A stretch of 64,000 bases of DNA. It comes from Chitinophagaceae bacterium. GTDB taxonomy: Bacteria > Bacteroidota > Bacteroidia > Chitinophagales > Chitinophagaceae. The stretch covers positions 5,542-69,541 of the forward strand of contig DASZXQ010000048.1 of NCBI GenBank assembly GCA_035545755.1. The letters run 5' to 3'. Below the pieces are notes generated by a model. It had not been told where the DNA came from and made no database searches. It saw nothing but the letters and a program-made list of their open reading frames with translations. The stretch's first letter is position 1. Every line of letters starts with the position of its first letter. Of this stretch, positions 48,522 to 59,394 are shown one piece after another. Position numbers and translations under genes: made by a program.

Positions 48522-51500
48522 TCAATTCTTCCAGATAGCACCTACGCCGGCATCCCAGAATTTTTTATTCAGTTCCGGAATATCTTTTTCTAACAATTCT
48601 ACCCCCCTGCTTTTTAATGTGACCCATTCTGCATTCAATTCTTTCATTCTTTCCAGTGAAGGTTGGTTCACCCTGGGTATGTCACTTGCAGTTTGATTGA
48701 TCAGGAAGAAATAATTAGCGGTGAACTTTAGAGGGAAATTCTCAATGTCATCATACACTTTTGTTTTACGTTGTATCATGTCTGTATCCCAGGCTTTCAT
48801 TTTTTCCGCTAATGCCGCACCATCTTTTTTTAATGCAGCAAATTTTTCATCGTTCAACGATCCCAGCAATGATTCAAGTTGTTCTCTTTTTGAATACAAT
48901 GTGTTGATCATTTTATGCATCGTGGTTAGTTCATTTTCCATACTGCTCATAACGCTATCATACTCTTTATATGTAGCCGCATCTGTTGGATACAATGGAT
49001 TAGCGAGTATCTCCGCTGTTGTTGATACCGTCTGATCTCCCATTTTTAAAACGATGCTGTACTTTCCGGGGATTGCTTTATGTCCCTCAAAACTGCCTTC
49101 CATATAAATATCCGGTACACCGACGATAGTAGGGTAACGCATATTCCATACAAACCGATTCAATCCTTTCGATTTAGGCAAAACAGGATCAGCTGGAGGA
49201 CCGCCATCCCATTTTCTGTAAGTGCTGTCTTTTTGTGAACTGAATGAACGAACCAGTTTTCCGGAGGCATCTTTTATTCCGATTGATAGTTGTATAGAAT
49301 CGTTCAATTCAGGAAGCTGATAATAAATTACAACCCCGGTGGAAGGATTAACACCCCGGTAAAAATCGGCTCCCGTAAAACTCGAATCCATATGGTCCAA
49401 TTCACTGGACCCATTGATCAAATAAGATGGTGAAGGAGTGAAAATGGAAAACGCAGGAGCATCTTTTTTATATTGGCGTATCAGGCTCAGATCATCAAGT
49501 ATCCAGAAAGAACGGCCTGAAGTTGCCGCAATTAAATTGCCTTTATAAACTTTCAGATCCGTAATAGGAGTAACGGGCATATTCAATTGAAAAGGCTCCC
49601 AGTTCTTTCCGCCATTCCATGAAATATAAATGCCGGTCTCGGTTCCTGCATATAACAAGTCCTTTCTTGTATCATCTTCTCTCACTACTCTTGTGAAGGC
49701 ACCATCGGGAATTCCATTGTTTATATTTGTCCACGTCTTGCCATAGTCAGTTGATTTGTATAAGCCCGGTGTATGATCATTGAATTTATACCGGGTTGTT
49801 GCAATATAAACCGTCGCATTATCAAATGGCGATACTTCGATTGCATTGATCAGGCATTCCTTCAAACCGGCAGGAGTTATATTTTTCCATGTTTTGCAAT
49901 TGTCCCTTGTTATATAAACCAAGCCATCATTACTACCAGTATAAATAACTCCCTTTTCATGCGGCGATTCCATGATGTAAGAAAGTACGCCATAATTTTC
50001 TGCACCTACTGCTTCATTCGTGTAAGGCACGCCGGGTGTTCCCTGTTTGTCTTTTTCATTTCTTGTCAGATCAGGAGATACTTCTTTCCATGTTTTTCCC
50101 AGATCATCAGTACGCAACAGGCACTGTGCACCATGATAATAAACGTTGGGCTCATGCCGACTCCAGATGATAGGAGAATTCCAATCAAAACGGTATTTCA
50201 TATCCTTTGCATCACGGCTTTCATATTGAATAGGCGCAGCCATAATGTTGGTGGCGGCTTTTGCTTTTGTATTCAGCACTTCTATAGTGCCCTGGTAACT
50301 TCCACCCACCACAAATTGAGGATCGTCTGGATTAAAAGCCAGGAATGCACTTTCACCTCCGGCAGAATTACTCCAACCCGTATTGGTAATGCCTCCTCCT
50401 CCCGGTTCACGACTTTCAATTTTTACAGAGCTATTATCCTGTTGGCCTCCATAAATATTATATGGAAAAAGATTATCTACACTGATACGATAGATCTGTG
50501 CGGTAGGCTGGTTGTCCTGGCTGCTCCATGTTTTACCGCCATTAAAAGAAATAGCAGAGCCCCCATCATCGGAAATGATCATGTTATTTGAATTATTCGG
50601 ATTGATCCATAGATTATGATAATCGCCATGCGTATTTGAAACATCAGCCCATGTTTTGCCTCCATCAATTGATTTAAATGCTGCAGCACTCATTACATAT
50701 AAAACATTTTCGTTGTTAGGGTCAGGAAAAAGCTCAATATAATACCATGCTCTTTGTATCAAATGATGATCGCTGGTGACATGGCTCCATGTTTTGCCGG
50801 CATCTGCTGACATATATAAGCCGCCGGCCTCTTTGTCAAAATTGCTTTCAATGAGCGCATACACTTTTTCTGAATTGGATCGGCAAACAGCAATGGACAT
50901 CTTGCCCATTTCTTTCGGCAAGCCTTCCGTCATCTTTTCCCAATGTTCTCCCGCATCTGTTGATTTATATAATCCACTTCCGGGTCCGCCACTGATCACT
51001 TTCCAGGGTAACCTTCCATGCTCCCACATGGCTGCATAAAGGATCATAGGGTTATTCATATCCATTGATATTTCAGCACAACCGGTTTTATCATCTACAT
51101 ACAAAACTTTTTTCCAGGTTGTGCCGCCATCAACCGATTTATAAACGCCTCTTTCTTTATTAGGACCGTATAACTGCCCTTGTGCCGCCACGAAAACGAT
51201 ATCCGGATCTTTGGGATTAATTACGATGCGGGCAATATGCTCTGTCAGATCAAGGCCGATCTTTTTCCATGTTTTTCCTGCGTCTGTTGATTTGTAGACT
51301 CCATCTCCGCCTGATGTCATTACTCCACGCACTGCATGTTCACCCATTCCTGCATATACTATATTAGGATCACTTTCCGCAACTGCTACTGCACCGACTG
51401 ATCCTGTTTTAAAAAATCCGTCAGAAACATTTTTCCACGTCAGTCCCGCATCTTCTGTTTTCCAAAGTCCGCCGCCAGTTGAACCCTGGTAATAAACCAA

Positions 51501-51677
51501 CGGATTACCAACAACCCCTGTAGCACAATTGGAACGGCCTCCGCGGAAAGGACCAATGCATCGCCACTTCACCGTTTTGAAATAACTATTTAGATCTGAA
51601 CTATCTTTTGCAACCTGTGAATTTGAATTGAAACCAATAAAAAATAATGAAACCAGCAGGAATAATCGCTTTACCAT
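48522..51677 (-). CDS. BNR/Asp-box repeat protein (Vps10/sortilin-like, 'glycosyl hydrolase'-annotated family)
   Basis: About 10 SxDxGxTW-type Asp boxes ([50 protein letters not shown] and others). Signal peptide from the ATG at 51677 ([21 protein letters not shown]). Confidence 0.85.
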   Translation of the reverse strand: MVKRLFLLVSLFFIGFNSNSQVAKDSSDLNSYFKTVKWRCIGPFRGGRSNCATGVVGNPLVYYQGSTGGGLWKTEDAGLTWKNVSDGFFKTGSVGAVAVAESDPNIVYAGMGEHAVRGVMTSGGDGVYKSTDAGKTWKKIGLDLTEHIARIVINPKDPDIVFVAAQGQLYGPNKERGVYKSVDGGTTWKKVLYVDDKTGCAEISMDMNNPMILYAAMWEHGRLPWKVISGGPGSGLYKSTDAGEHWEKMTEGLPKEMGKMSIAVCRSNSEKVYALIESNFDKEAGGLYMSADAGKTWSHVTSDHHLIQRAWYYIELFPDPNNENVLYVMSAAAFKSIDGGKTWADVSNTHGDYHNLWINPNNSNNMIISDDGGSAISFNGGKTWSSQDNQPTAQIYRISVDNLFPYNIYGGQQDNSSVKIESREPGGGGITNTGWSNSAGGESAFLAFNPDDPQFVVGGSYQGTIEVLNTKAKAATNIMAAPIQYESRDAKDMKYRFDWNSPIIWSRHEPNVYYHGAQCLLRTDDLGKTWKEVSPDLTRNEKDKQGTPGVPYTNEAVGAENYGVLSYIMESPHEKGVIYTGSNDGLVYITRDNCKTWKNITPAGLKECLINAIEVSPFDNATVYIATTRYKFNDHTPGLYKSTDYGKTWTNINNGIPDGAFTRVVREDDTRKDLLYAGTETGIYISWNGGKNWEPFQLNMPVTPITDLKVYKGNLIAATSGRSFWILDDLSLIRQYKKDAPAFSIFTPSPSYLINGSSELDHMDSSFTGADFYRGVNPSTGVVIYYQLPELNDSIQLSIGIKDASGKLVRSFSSQKDSTYRKWDGGPPADPVLPKSKGLNRFVWNMRYPTIVGVPDIYMEGSFEGHKAIPGKYSIVLKMGDQTVSTTAEILANPLYPTDAATYKEYDSVMSSMENELTTMHKMINTLYSKREQLESLLGSLNDEKFAALKKDGAALAEKMKAWDTDMIQRKTKVYDDIENFPLKFTANYFFLINQTASDIPRVNQPSLERMKELNAEWVTLKSRGVELLEKDIPELNKKFWDAGVGAIWKN

Positions 51678-51771
51678 AATGAGTATTTTATAGGACAATG
51701 TAAATTTTATTTGGAAAACCGTAATTTTTATTCTGAATTCAATAAATCTCTTTCAGAGTGACCATTATGAA

Positions 51772-52800
51772 TTATTTTATTGCTTCACGCACTTTCGGTG
51801 CTATCTTATTTCCAAAAATTTCAATTGACTTCATTAATAAAGAATGCGAAGGGCCGCCTACATCCATATGCGCCGAAAAACGGGTAAGTCCAAAGAGTTC
51901 CTGCAGGTATAAAATTTTATCAATTGCTTCATTGGCATCGCCGATGATCAGGTGTCCGCTTTTACTTCTGCCCAAATCATATTGTTGCCTCTGGTATGCA
52001 GGCCATCCACGACTGCGGCCAACCCGATCCATTTGCGAAGAATAAATAGGATAATATTCCTCAGCAACGTTCCTGCTGTCATCTCCAAAAAACGCATGCA
52101 TATGTACTCCTACCTGGAATTTATTCGCATCATGTTCATAATGTTCATACACTTTTTTATAATATTCAAATAATGGTTTGAACTGAACCGGGTTGCCACC
52201 GATGATAGCAAAGATCACGGGCAATCCATATTTACCTGCACGCACTACACTTTCGGGTGTTCCTCCAACAGCTACCCAGATATTCAAATGATCATTAACC
52301 GCACGGGGCAGTATCAATTGATTTTTCAACGGGAGCCTGAATTTTCCTTTCCAGTTAATGGGATTTTCTTTATTTATTTTCACCAGCAGGTCCAGTTTTT
52401 CTTCAAACAGTTCATCATAATCTTCGAGCTGATAACCATACAAAGGAAAAGATTCAATAAAACTGCCACGTCCTGCCATCAGCTCGGCTCTCCCGTTGGA
52501 GATCTGATCGATCATTGCATAACTCTCGTACAATCGTACCGGGTCTGATGAACTCAATACATTTACGGCACTGCCCAGTTTGATATTGTTTGTAACAGTA
52601 GCTGCTGCTGCCAAAATTATTTCAGGCACTGATACTGCATAGTCGGGACGGTGATGCTCGCCAATGCCAAAAAAATCCAGGCCGACTTCATCCATTAATT
52701 TTATTTCTTCTATCAGTTCCTGCAATCTTTGACCGGGTTGTTGTGGTTTTCCATCCTTGTCATAATGGTTATCGCCAAACATGCTGATGCCAAGTTCCAT
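51772..52800 (-). CDS. LLM-class (luciferase-like) flavin-dependent oxidoreductase
   Basis: 342 aa. N-terminal pattern GISMFGD...EVGLDFFGIGEHH and length typical of the LLM family. Confidence 0.85.
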   Translation of the reverse strand: MELGISMFGDNHYDKDGKPQQPGQRLQELIEEIKLMDEVGLDFFGIGEHHRPDYAVSVPEIILAAAATVTNNIKLGSAVNVLSSSDPVRLYESYAMIDQISNGRAELMAGRGSFIESFPLYGYQLEDYDELFEEKLDLLVKINKENPINWKGKFRLPLKNQLILPRAVNDHLNIWVAVGGTPESVVRAGKYGLPVIFAIIGGNPVQFKPLFEYYKKVYEHYEHDANKFQVGVHMHAFFGDDSRNVAEEYYPIYSSQMDRVGRSRGWPAYQRQQYDLGRSKSGHLIIGDANEAIDKILYLQELFGLTRFSAHMDVGGPSHSLLMKSIEIFGNKIAPKVREAIK

Positions 52801-52888
52801 AAAGTATTGTTTGATGGCGAAGTTACAGTATCGGATCTTTTGTATCAGCCTGCCAACACCCGTGCAGAAAATGAACTATATTCATTGA

Positions 52889-53677
52889 ATGACTGCATCG
52901 AACAGTTTTAAATTTTTCCCCTTATTCCTTTTACAGTTATTTGTAATGAATACGCATGCACAATTACGTCCCATTACTTCAGGTGTCTTTCACTGGGCTG
53001 ATCTGCCGTTAAAAAATGAAGCAGACCGGGAAACCCGAAACATAGCAGAAGGTACCACCGCTGAGTTTGATTATTTTGAAATACATGCCACCACACAAAT
53101 GAAAGGAGCTGCGCCCAGGCCATCGCATACACAAAAAGACATTGAAGAATTGATCATCATCAAAGAGGGAAAAGCAAAATGTACTATTGGAAATAAAATA
53201 TCGGTATTGGGAGCCGGCAGCGTGATTTTGATACCGCCATTGAAATCGCAGGCGTTCGAAAATGTTGGCGACGGGCCCCTTACCTATTATGTACTCATGT
53301 TCCGCTCCCGCAAGCCAATGAATATGGAAAGAAGTAATAAAGCCGGCGGTGCTTTATTGTTAGATGCGGATACCATTACTTACACAGAAAAAAATGACAG
53401 GGGCACTAAAAAATATTTTGACCGTCCTACCGCCATGTGCGAGAACTATGAAATGCATGTCAGCTATATGAAACATAAAGGGCCCAGCCATGCGGCTCAC
53501 CGGCATGTGGACACTGAGATCATTTTAGTCATCGATGGTGATATGTCAATGACCATTGATGGAAAATATTATAAAGGCAGCGCCGGAGATCTTTTTATTG
53601 CGGAAAGCGGTGAAATGCACCAAGTCTTCAATGCTGCTGACAAACCCTGCAGTTATTTTGCTTTCAAATGGCGATAG
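52889..53677 (+). CDS. exported bicupin protein
   Basis: Signal-like N-terminus and two cupin-like modules (GSVILIPPLKSQAFENVGDGPLTYYVL; GDLFIAESGEMHQVFNAADKPCSYFAF). Confidence 0.72.
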   Translation: MTASNSFKFFPLFLLQLFVMNTHAQLRPITSGVFHWADLPLKNEADRETRNIAEGTTAEFDYFEIHATTQMKGAAPRPSHTQKDIEELIIIKEGKAKCTIGNKISVLGAGSVILIPPLKSQAFENVGDGPLTYYVLMFRSRKPMNMERSNKAGGALLLDADTITYTEKNDRGTKKYFDRPTAMCENYEMHVSYMKHKGPSHAAHRHVDTEIILVIDGDMSMTIDGKYYKGSAGDLFIAESGEMHQVFNAADKPCSYFAFKWR

Positions 53678-53803
53678 TGAAAGGGCTTGGCAATGTAAAT
53701 TTCTTACAGGGGGCAGTTGCATCTCCTTACGCTTATATTTATTTTAAGCCATTCACCATAAATCGGAACAGCTATCCGCACCGGCTTACTAACTTGAACG
53801 CTT

Positions 53804-56242
53804 ATGCCCGGGCTGAGAAAATCGATCTGCTTCCTTATAGTATTAGTCTTGTATTCCGCTGCGCATTGCCAGCAGGCGCTTAACACTGCTTCTGATTTTT
53901 CCCTAACCATTCTGGATGAAAATACAAAGCCTGCCACCGGCGCTATTGTTGAATTATTGAAAAATAATAAACTGGTAAAAGCAGCCATAACAGACGCTAA
54001 GGGCATTGTTACATTCGGAAAAATTGAAGACGGTGACTATACCTTTTCAATTACCTATACCGGGTATAAACCGCATAGCACGGAAGTGTATCATTTCCCT
54101 TCGAAAATTAATACAGTAACGATACAATTAGAATCAGCAAGCATCACATTACAGGGCGTAAGCATTGTTTCAAAAAAACCATTCATTCAGCAACAGCCGG
54201 GTAAAGTAGTACTAAATGTGGATGCTTCTGTTACAAATGTTGGCTCCACAGTTCTTGAAGTATTGGAAAAATCTCCCGGCGTAACCGTTGACCGGAATGG
54301 CGGCATTGCCTTGCAGGGCAAACAAGGCGTACTGGTGCTGATCGATGATAAACCCACTTATCTCTCCGGTGCGGACCTGAATAATTTATTAAGCAGCATG
54401 AGCTCATCGCAGGTGGAACAAATAGAGTTGATGTCAAATCCATCTGCAAAATATGATGCCAGCGGCAATGCAGGTATCATCAATATCAAAACAAAGAAAA
54501 ATAAATTGAAAGGCTTCAATGGCTCTTTCACTGTTTTAGGCGGACAAGGCTCTTATCCAAAGAATACTGATAACCTCGCATTGAATTATCGTAATGGTAA
54601 GGTCAATACCTACTTTAATTACAATGTAAACCTGATCAACTATCTGACTGACCTGTATGCTTTGCGAAAATATTACGATACTAACCATGTCATTACTGCC
54701 ATGCTCGATCAACCTGCTTTCTTTTCAGGAAGTTTTCTGAATAACACCTTCAAAACAGGTTTGGATTATTATGTTACTCCGAAAACAACATTAGGGATCG
54801 GGCTTGGCGGAACATTTATTTACAGGAACGGGATCAATAATGGATTAGCCAGGTGGCAGGATGCTGCAGGAGTAACAGATTCCACCATTTCAACAGAAAA
54901 CAAAAGCAGGAGCCGGTTTACCAATGGAGCTATTAATCTTAATGCAAGGCACACTATATCTTCTTCGCAGGATATTTCAGCAGATATTGACTGGCTGCAT
55001 TATTCCATAAGCAATTATCAATTTTTCAATAATCAATTGCAAACAGCGGGCGGGTACCAGGAGTTATCGAGAGGAAATATCCCGACAGCCATTTCAATTT
55101 TTTCCGGTAAAGTGGATCACACGCTGAAGCTTAACAAAAAAACTACGCTGCAATCGGGTTGGAAATCATCTTCCACCAGCACGGACAACACAGCTTTCTA
55201 TGAAAACTTTGACGGCACCCAATGGACGGAGGACTACAGCAAAAGCAATCATTTTATTTATAAAGAAAACATCACAGCTTTTTACAGCAGCATTGAGAAA
55301 AAAGATGATGGGTTAAGTTACCAGGCGGGACTGCGCTACGAGAACACCGGCTATAAAGCCGATCAGTTAGGCAATGCACTACAAAAAGATTCTTCTTTTT
55401 CCAGGAGCTACAGCGGATTTTTTCCCAGTGGTTACATAAATTACCAGGCAGATTCTTCTAACAGTTTCACTGTTACCGCAGGTCGCCGCATCGACCGGCC
55501 ACCGTTTCAGACATTGAACCCATTTTATTTTATTGTAAATAAATACACTTATTCCACCGGCAATCCGTTTCTTTTACCTCAGTATAGCTGGAACCTTGAA
55601 CTGAATCATCAATACAAAAATTTATTATCAACTAGCATATCATACAGTATCGTCAAAAATTATTTCTCCCAATTGTTTCTGAATGATTCTGCAAAAGGAG
55701 TGTTGTTATATTCACAGGGAAATGTGGGGCATACCAATACATTCGGATTATCTTCTACCTTAACAACACCGCTGTTTAAGTGGTGGTCCGTCACGGCATC
55801 AGCCATTTATAATCACAAAGAATTGAAAGGATTTAATGGAAATAACTATTCAAGCAATATCAACCAGCTTACAATTAATATCAATAACCAGTTCAGCTTC
55901 GCAAAAGTATATACTGGTGAGATCTCCGGCTTTTATACTACCAAAGCCCGTAATGATATACAGGAATTATTGTACCCTACCGGGCAATTATCATTAGGTG
56001 TATCAAGGCCGGTATTGAAAAACAAAGCCACATTAAAACTCAATGCCCGTGATATTTTTCATACAAATACCATGGAAGGGCTTACGCAGTTTCCCAACGC
56101 TACCGAATACTTCATCATACACAGGGATAGCCGGGTGATCACTCTTTCTTTTACTTTCCGTTTTGGTAAAGCATATAAAGCAGCCAAACATTCAGGCGGT
56201 GGCGCCGAGGATGAGATTGAAAGAGTAGGAAACGGTGGCTAG
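53804..56242 (+). CDS. TonB-dependent-receptor-like outer-membrane beta-barrel protein with CarboxypepD_reg-like N-domain
   Basis: Signal peptide, a carboxypeptidase-regulatory-like beta-sandwich (ILDENTKPATGAIVELLKNNK...DGDYTFSITYTGYKP), a plug-like segment (LEKSPGVTVDRNGGIALQGK) and a long barrel region ending in aromatic-rich strands. Confidence 0.88.
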   Translation: MPGLRKSICFLIVLVLYSAAHCQQALNTASDFSLTILDENTKPATGAIVELLKNNKLVKAAITDAKGIVTFGKIEDGDYTFSITYTGYKPHSTEVYHFPSKINTVTIQLESASITLQGVSIVSKKPFIQQQPGKVVLNVDASVTNVGSTVLEVLEKSPGVTVDRNGGIALQGKQGVLVLIDDKPTYLSGADLNNLLSSMSSSQVEQIELMSNPSAKYDASGNAGIINIKTKKNKLKGFNGSFTVLGGQGSYPKNTDNLALNYRNGKVNTYFNYNVNLINYLTDLYALRKYYDTNHVITAMLDQPAFFSGSFLNNTFKTGLDYYVTPKTTLGIGLGGTFIYRNGINNGLARWQDAAGVTDSTISTENKSRSRFTNGAINLNARHTISSSQDISADIDWLHYSISNYQFFNNQLQTAGGYQELSRGNIPTAISIFSGKVDHTLKLNKKTTLQSGWKSSSTSTDNTAFYENFDGTQWTEDYSKSNHFIYKENITAFYSSIEKKDDGLSYQAGLRYENTGYKADQLGNALQKDSSFSRSYSGFFPSGYINYQADSSNSFTVTAGRRIDRPPFQTLNPFYFIVNKYTYSTGNPFLLPQYSWNLELNHQYKNLLSTSISYSIVKNYFSQLFLNDSAKGVLLYSQGNVGHTNTFGLSSTLTTPLFKWWSVTASAIYNHKELKGFNGNNYSSNINQLTININNQFSFAKVYTGEISGFYTTKARNDIQELLYPTGQLSLGVSRPVLKNKATLKLNARDIFHTNTMEGLTQFPNATEYFIIHRDSRVITLSFTFRFGKAYKAAKHSGGGAEDEIERVGNGG

Positions 56243-56306
56243 CAAAATTAAAAATCAGCGATCGCTACGTAAATGAAGTCAGCCTGTGGCATAAAGATAG
56301 CGTCCG

Positions 56307-57194
56307 TTACTCAGGATCAACTTTTTGCTGCATCTTTTTATCAAATTCCCTTTTCAGATCGTTTAGTTCTGCATCATAACCTGCCCGATCAAAAAAAGCG
56401 GCAGGATCATAGGCATCACCGGGATGATGTTTTTTCTGCAGATCGAACTGGCTGGCATGGGAAGCCAGCCAGATGTCGAAGCTTAAATTTTTCATTGCAG
56501 CTAAAGTGTAAGCATAATCCTTCGCAATGCCGGGATAATCAGCAATAGCATTAAAAGGTTTATCTGTCACAATGGTGGGCATATTAGCAATAAGCACCCG
56601 GTAGGAGCGCTTTTCATCTTTTACAGTAAATAAAAAACTGCAGGAGCCTTTTGTATGGCCGGGATGATGAAGTATTTTCAATTGCATATCACCCAATCTT
56701 ATTGTATCGCCATCATGAAGCAACCGATCAGGCATAACAGGTGCATAGTAACTACCATGACCACCCAATGCATAATCGGTACTTCCTCCGTCTTCTGCAA
56801 CTTCCGCATCACCTTCATCGACCATAAATTGTGCGCCGGTTTTATTTTTAATGAATGCCATGGCGCCCATATGATCGAAATGCGCCTGTGTGGTAAGCAG
56901 AATTTTAATATCGCTGAACTTAAAGCCCAAAGCCTTGATATTATCTTCAATTTGCTTCGCAGAAGCTGCCATGCCGGTGTTGATCAAAATATTCCCCTTT
57001 GAAGTAACAATGAGATAACAAGCTAACTCATACGTACCGACATAGTATAAATTTCCTGCAATACGGAATGGCTGATATGGTTTACCCCAATCATCAGAAG
57101 AAGGTTTTGGCTCATTTACTTTTTGTGCAGTAGCAGCACTTGTTAGTACTACAGCAAGTGCAAACGCTATATTTCTCAATGAATGGTTGAACAT
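56307..57194 (-). CDS. subclass B3 metallo-beta-lactamase-fold hydrolase, GOB-like Gln116 variant
   Basis: LLTTQAHFDHMG (Q-x-H-x-D-H), HHPGHTKGS and LASHAS ligand contexts. Signal peptide from the ATG at 57194 (MFNHSLRNIAFALAVVLTSAATAQ). The track start at 57224 is TTG. Confidence 0.85.
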   Translation of the reverse strand: MFNHSLRNIAFALAVVLTSAATAQKVNEPKPSSDDWGKPYQPFRIAGNLYYVGTYELACYLIVTSKGNILINTGMAASAKQIEDNIKALGFKFSDIKILLTTQAHFDHMGAMAFIKNKTGAQFMVDEGDAEVAEDGGSTDYALGGHGSYYAPVMPDRLLHDGDTIRLGDMQLKILHHPGHTKGSCSFLFTVKDEKRSYRVLIANMPTIVTDKPFNAIADYPGIAKDYAYTLAAMKNLSFDIWLASHASQFDLQKKHHPGDAYDPAAFFDRAGYDAELNDLKREFDKKMQQKVDPE

Positions 57195-57344
57195 ATCAGG
57201 GATAAAATGTGATTGATGAATCAAATATATTCTTTTGAAGACAATTCTTTATACAAAAAAGAGTCATTTTCCCCTGATATATAACAATCCCGATCCCTGA
57301 AATTCTCTTTAATTTTATAGCCCTAATGTTTCAAGCAGATAACA

Positions 57345-58238
57345 ATGGAATTTATAGATTACTACAAAGTGCTGGGTATTGATAAAAATGCCTCGCAGGA
57401 TGATATCAAGAAAGCATACAGAAAGCTGGCCCGCAAACTTCATCCCGACCTTAATCCCAACGATAAGGAAGCTCACAAAAAATTTCAACAGCTCAACGAA
57501 GCCAATGAAGTACTGAGTGACCCTGAAAAAAGAAAAAAATATGACCAGTATGGAAAGGACTGGAAACATGCTGAGCAGTTTGAACAGGCACAACAATCCC
57601 GTGCAGGTGCTCAGCAATTCGGAGAACAAACGTTTCATGGCGATTTTGAACAGGGTGATTTTTCTGATTTTTTCAATTCCTTATTCGGAAATATGGGTGG
57701 CAGCCGCCGGCAACGGCAGACAAAATTCAGAGGTGAAGATTATCATGCAGAATTGCAACTGAATCTTACTGATGCTTATCGAACCCATCAACAAACACTA
57801 ACGGTGAATGGAAAAAATATCCGCATTACCATTCCCGCCGGCATAGAAAACGGGCAAAAGATCAGGATAAAAGGGCATGGAGGAGAAGGCATCAATGGCG
57901 GCCCCAACGGAGATCTGTATATCACATTCAATATTATTAATCATACAAAGTTTCTGCGGGATGGAAATGACCTGCACACTACCGTTGAACTGGATCTCTA
58001 CACTGCTGTATTAGGAGGCGAAATAACTGTAGATACACTTGACGGAAAAGTAAAACTGAAAGTGAATCCCGAAACCCAAAACGGAACTAAAGTAAGATTG
58101 AAAGGAAAAGGTTTTCCTGTCTATAAAAAAGAAGGCGAATTCGGTGACCTCATCATCAGTTACCAGGTGAAGATCCCAACCAACCTTACCGATAAACAAA
58201 AAGAATTGTTTGAGCAGTTAGCAAAATTATCATCCTAA
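57345..58238 (+). CDS. cbpA: J-domain co-chaperone without zinc finger (CbpA-type)
   Basis: [35 protein letters not shown] domain with HPD, a G/F-like linker and two C-terminal DnaJ_C modules. No CxxCxGxG repeats. Confidence 0.85.
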   Translation: MEFIDYYKVLGIDKNASQDDIKKAYRKLARKLHPDLNPNDKEAHKKFQQLNEANEVLSDPEKRKKYDQYGKDWKHAEQFEQAQQSRAGAQQFGEQTFHGDFEQGDFSDFFNSLFGNMGGSRRQRQTKFRGEDYHAELQLNLTDAYRTHQQTLTVNGKNIRITIPAGIENGQKIRIKGHGGEGINGGPNGDLYITFNIINHTKFLRDGNDLHTTVELDLYTAVLGGEITVDTLDGKVKLKVNPETQNGTKVRLKGKGFPVYKKEGEFGDLIISYQVKIPTNLTDKQKELFEQLAKLSS

Positions 58239-58248
58239 ACATTTTTTT

Positions 58249-58560
58249 ATGACAACCGAAAACATGATACCCATTACTGAATTTTGTTCAGTCCACCATT
58301 TGGAGATGACATTCGTACAGTCACTGGAGCAACAGGGATTGATCGAGACCACGGTGGTGAATGAAATACAATATGTGGAGGTCAATCAACTGCCAAAACT
58401 CGAACAAATAGTAAGGTTACACCGTGAACTGAACATCAATTTTGAAGGCATTGATGCCATCAGCCATTTGCTGAATCAAATGGAGGACATGCAACGCCAG
58501 ATCACTGAACTTAAAAACAGGCTCCATTTTTTTGAAGAAAAAGAACAAAAATTTTATTAA
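58249..58560 (+). CDS. cbpM: chaperone modulator CbpM-like (MerR-type HTH)
   Basis: 103 aa, 10 nt downstream of cbpA. The N-terminal HTH-like IPITEFCSVHHLEMTFVQSLEQQGLI segment and coiled-coil tail match the CbpM arrangement. Confidence 0.7.
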   Translation: MTTENMIPITEFCSVHHLEMTFVQSLEQQGLIETTVVNEIQYVEVNQLPKLEQIVRLHRELNINFEGIDAISHLLNQMEDMQRQITELKNRLHFFEEKEQKFY

Positions 58561-58700
58561 TCAATAATAGTACAACAAGGCGGTGCGTAACTGCGGGCAC
58601 GACCGGTAGAACTTACTGTAATACTCATTAAAGCTGTTCACATTGAAACGAACAAATCTCTTACTTCCATCAATTCTTTTTTTCTATTTCTATTATCAGC

Positions 58701-59092
58701 ATGTTCAGAAAAAATAAAACCCCGCTACATGCAGCTAACGAAAACTAGCTCCATGTTTCCGGGGACAAGATCGTCAACCAAAAAGGGGATACCGTTCTCT
58801 TACGTGGCTTTGGCCTGGGCGGCATGCTCCATATGGAAAATTTCATTGATGGCTACACCGGCAATGAAGAAGCCATGCGTGAAGGATTGAAAAGTTTGTT
58901 GGGCGAAAAGAAATACAACCTGTATCTCGACACATTTCTCAAAAGTTACTTCACAGAACCAGATGCTGCCTATATTGAAAGTCTTGGATTGAATTTAGTC
59001 CGCATTCCGATCAATTATCATTTGTTTGAAGATGATATGAACCCCGGTGTTATCAAAGAAGCATCATTTGCATACCTTGATAAAACGCAGGC
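58701..59092 (+). pseudogene. glycoside hydrolase family 5 gene remnant (in-frame stop, 3' truncated)
   Basis: ATG 58701 MFRKNKTPLHAANEN-TAG-LHVSGDKIVNQKGDTVLLRGFGLGGMLHMENFIDGYTGNEEAMRE...NLVRIPINYHLFEDDMNPG...AYLDKT. This is a typical GH5 N-terminus but lacks both catalytic Glu regions. The reading frame then runs antisense into the next gene. Confidence 0.7.
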
Positions 59093-59299
59093 TTATCTGC
59101 CCAATATCTTTTCTGCTGCTTCCCTATCCTTTTCAAATATTTTCAGCTCCACGCCGGCTATCGGATCCATTCCGAGAACATTCTCATCATTGAGAAATGA
59201 TTCAATGCCATTTTCTTTTAGTTTATCCTGCATCATTTTAGCTTGTACCGCATCTACGTAAGTGTGCAGGGTGATCGTTTTTTCTTTTTCCGTTGTCAT
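59093..59299 (-). CDS. small DUF2007-like protein
   Basis: 68 aa. The pattern ..AVQAKMMQDKLKENGIESFLNDEN......GVELKIFEKDREAAEKIL resembles the DUF2007 fold from memory. Confidence 0.55.
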   Translation of the reverse strand: MTTEKEKTITLHTYVDAVQAKMMQDKLKENGIESFLNDENVLGMDPIAGVELKIFEKDREAAEKILGR

Positions 59300-59394
59300 G
59301 ATATTTTTATTATTGTCAAAATTAAAGGTATTTAAACTCCTGTTACAATGATCAAGATCAGTTAATACCTTGATCCGGAGAATTTTTTATCCGC

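Noticed and set aside
49773-50591. A 272-aa plus-strand ORF, along with similar long antisense ORFs at 373-942, 4353-4877, 24371-24880, 27212-27688, 33688-34140, 37100-37546 and 10873-11220.
   Set aside because: All lie entirely inside, and antisense to or out of frame with, strongly supported genes (BNR protein, amidohydrolase, ALDH, aspS, pLGIC, C14-TPR, helicase, maeB). They have skewed Cys/Ile/Phe/Ser-rich composition and no motifs, so they are shadow ORFs.
57345-58560. The cbpA-cbpM pair, considered as something unusual.
   Set aside because: This is the well-known J-domain co-chaperone plus MerR-like modulator operon arrangement. It is listed as features only.
58824-59261. The 145-aa track ORF, considered as an intact gene.
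   Set aside because: Only its first ~88 residues are GH5-like. The rest is the antisense translation of the DUF2007-like gene. Upstream in the same frame there is a TAG. It is called as a pseudogene remnant (58701-59092) instead.
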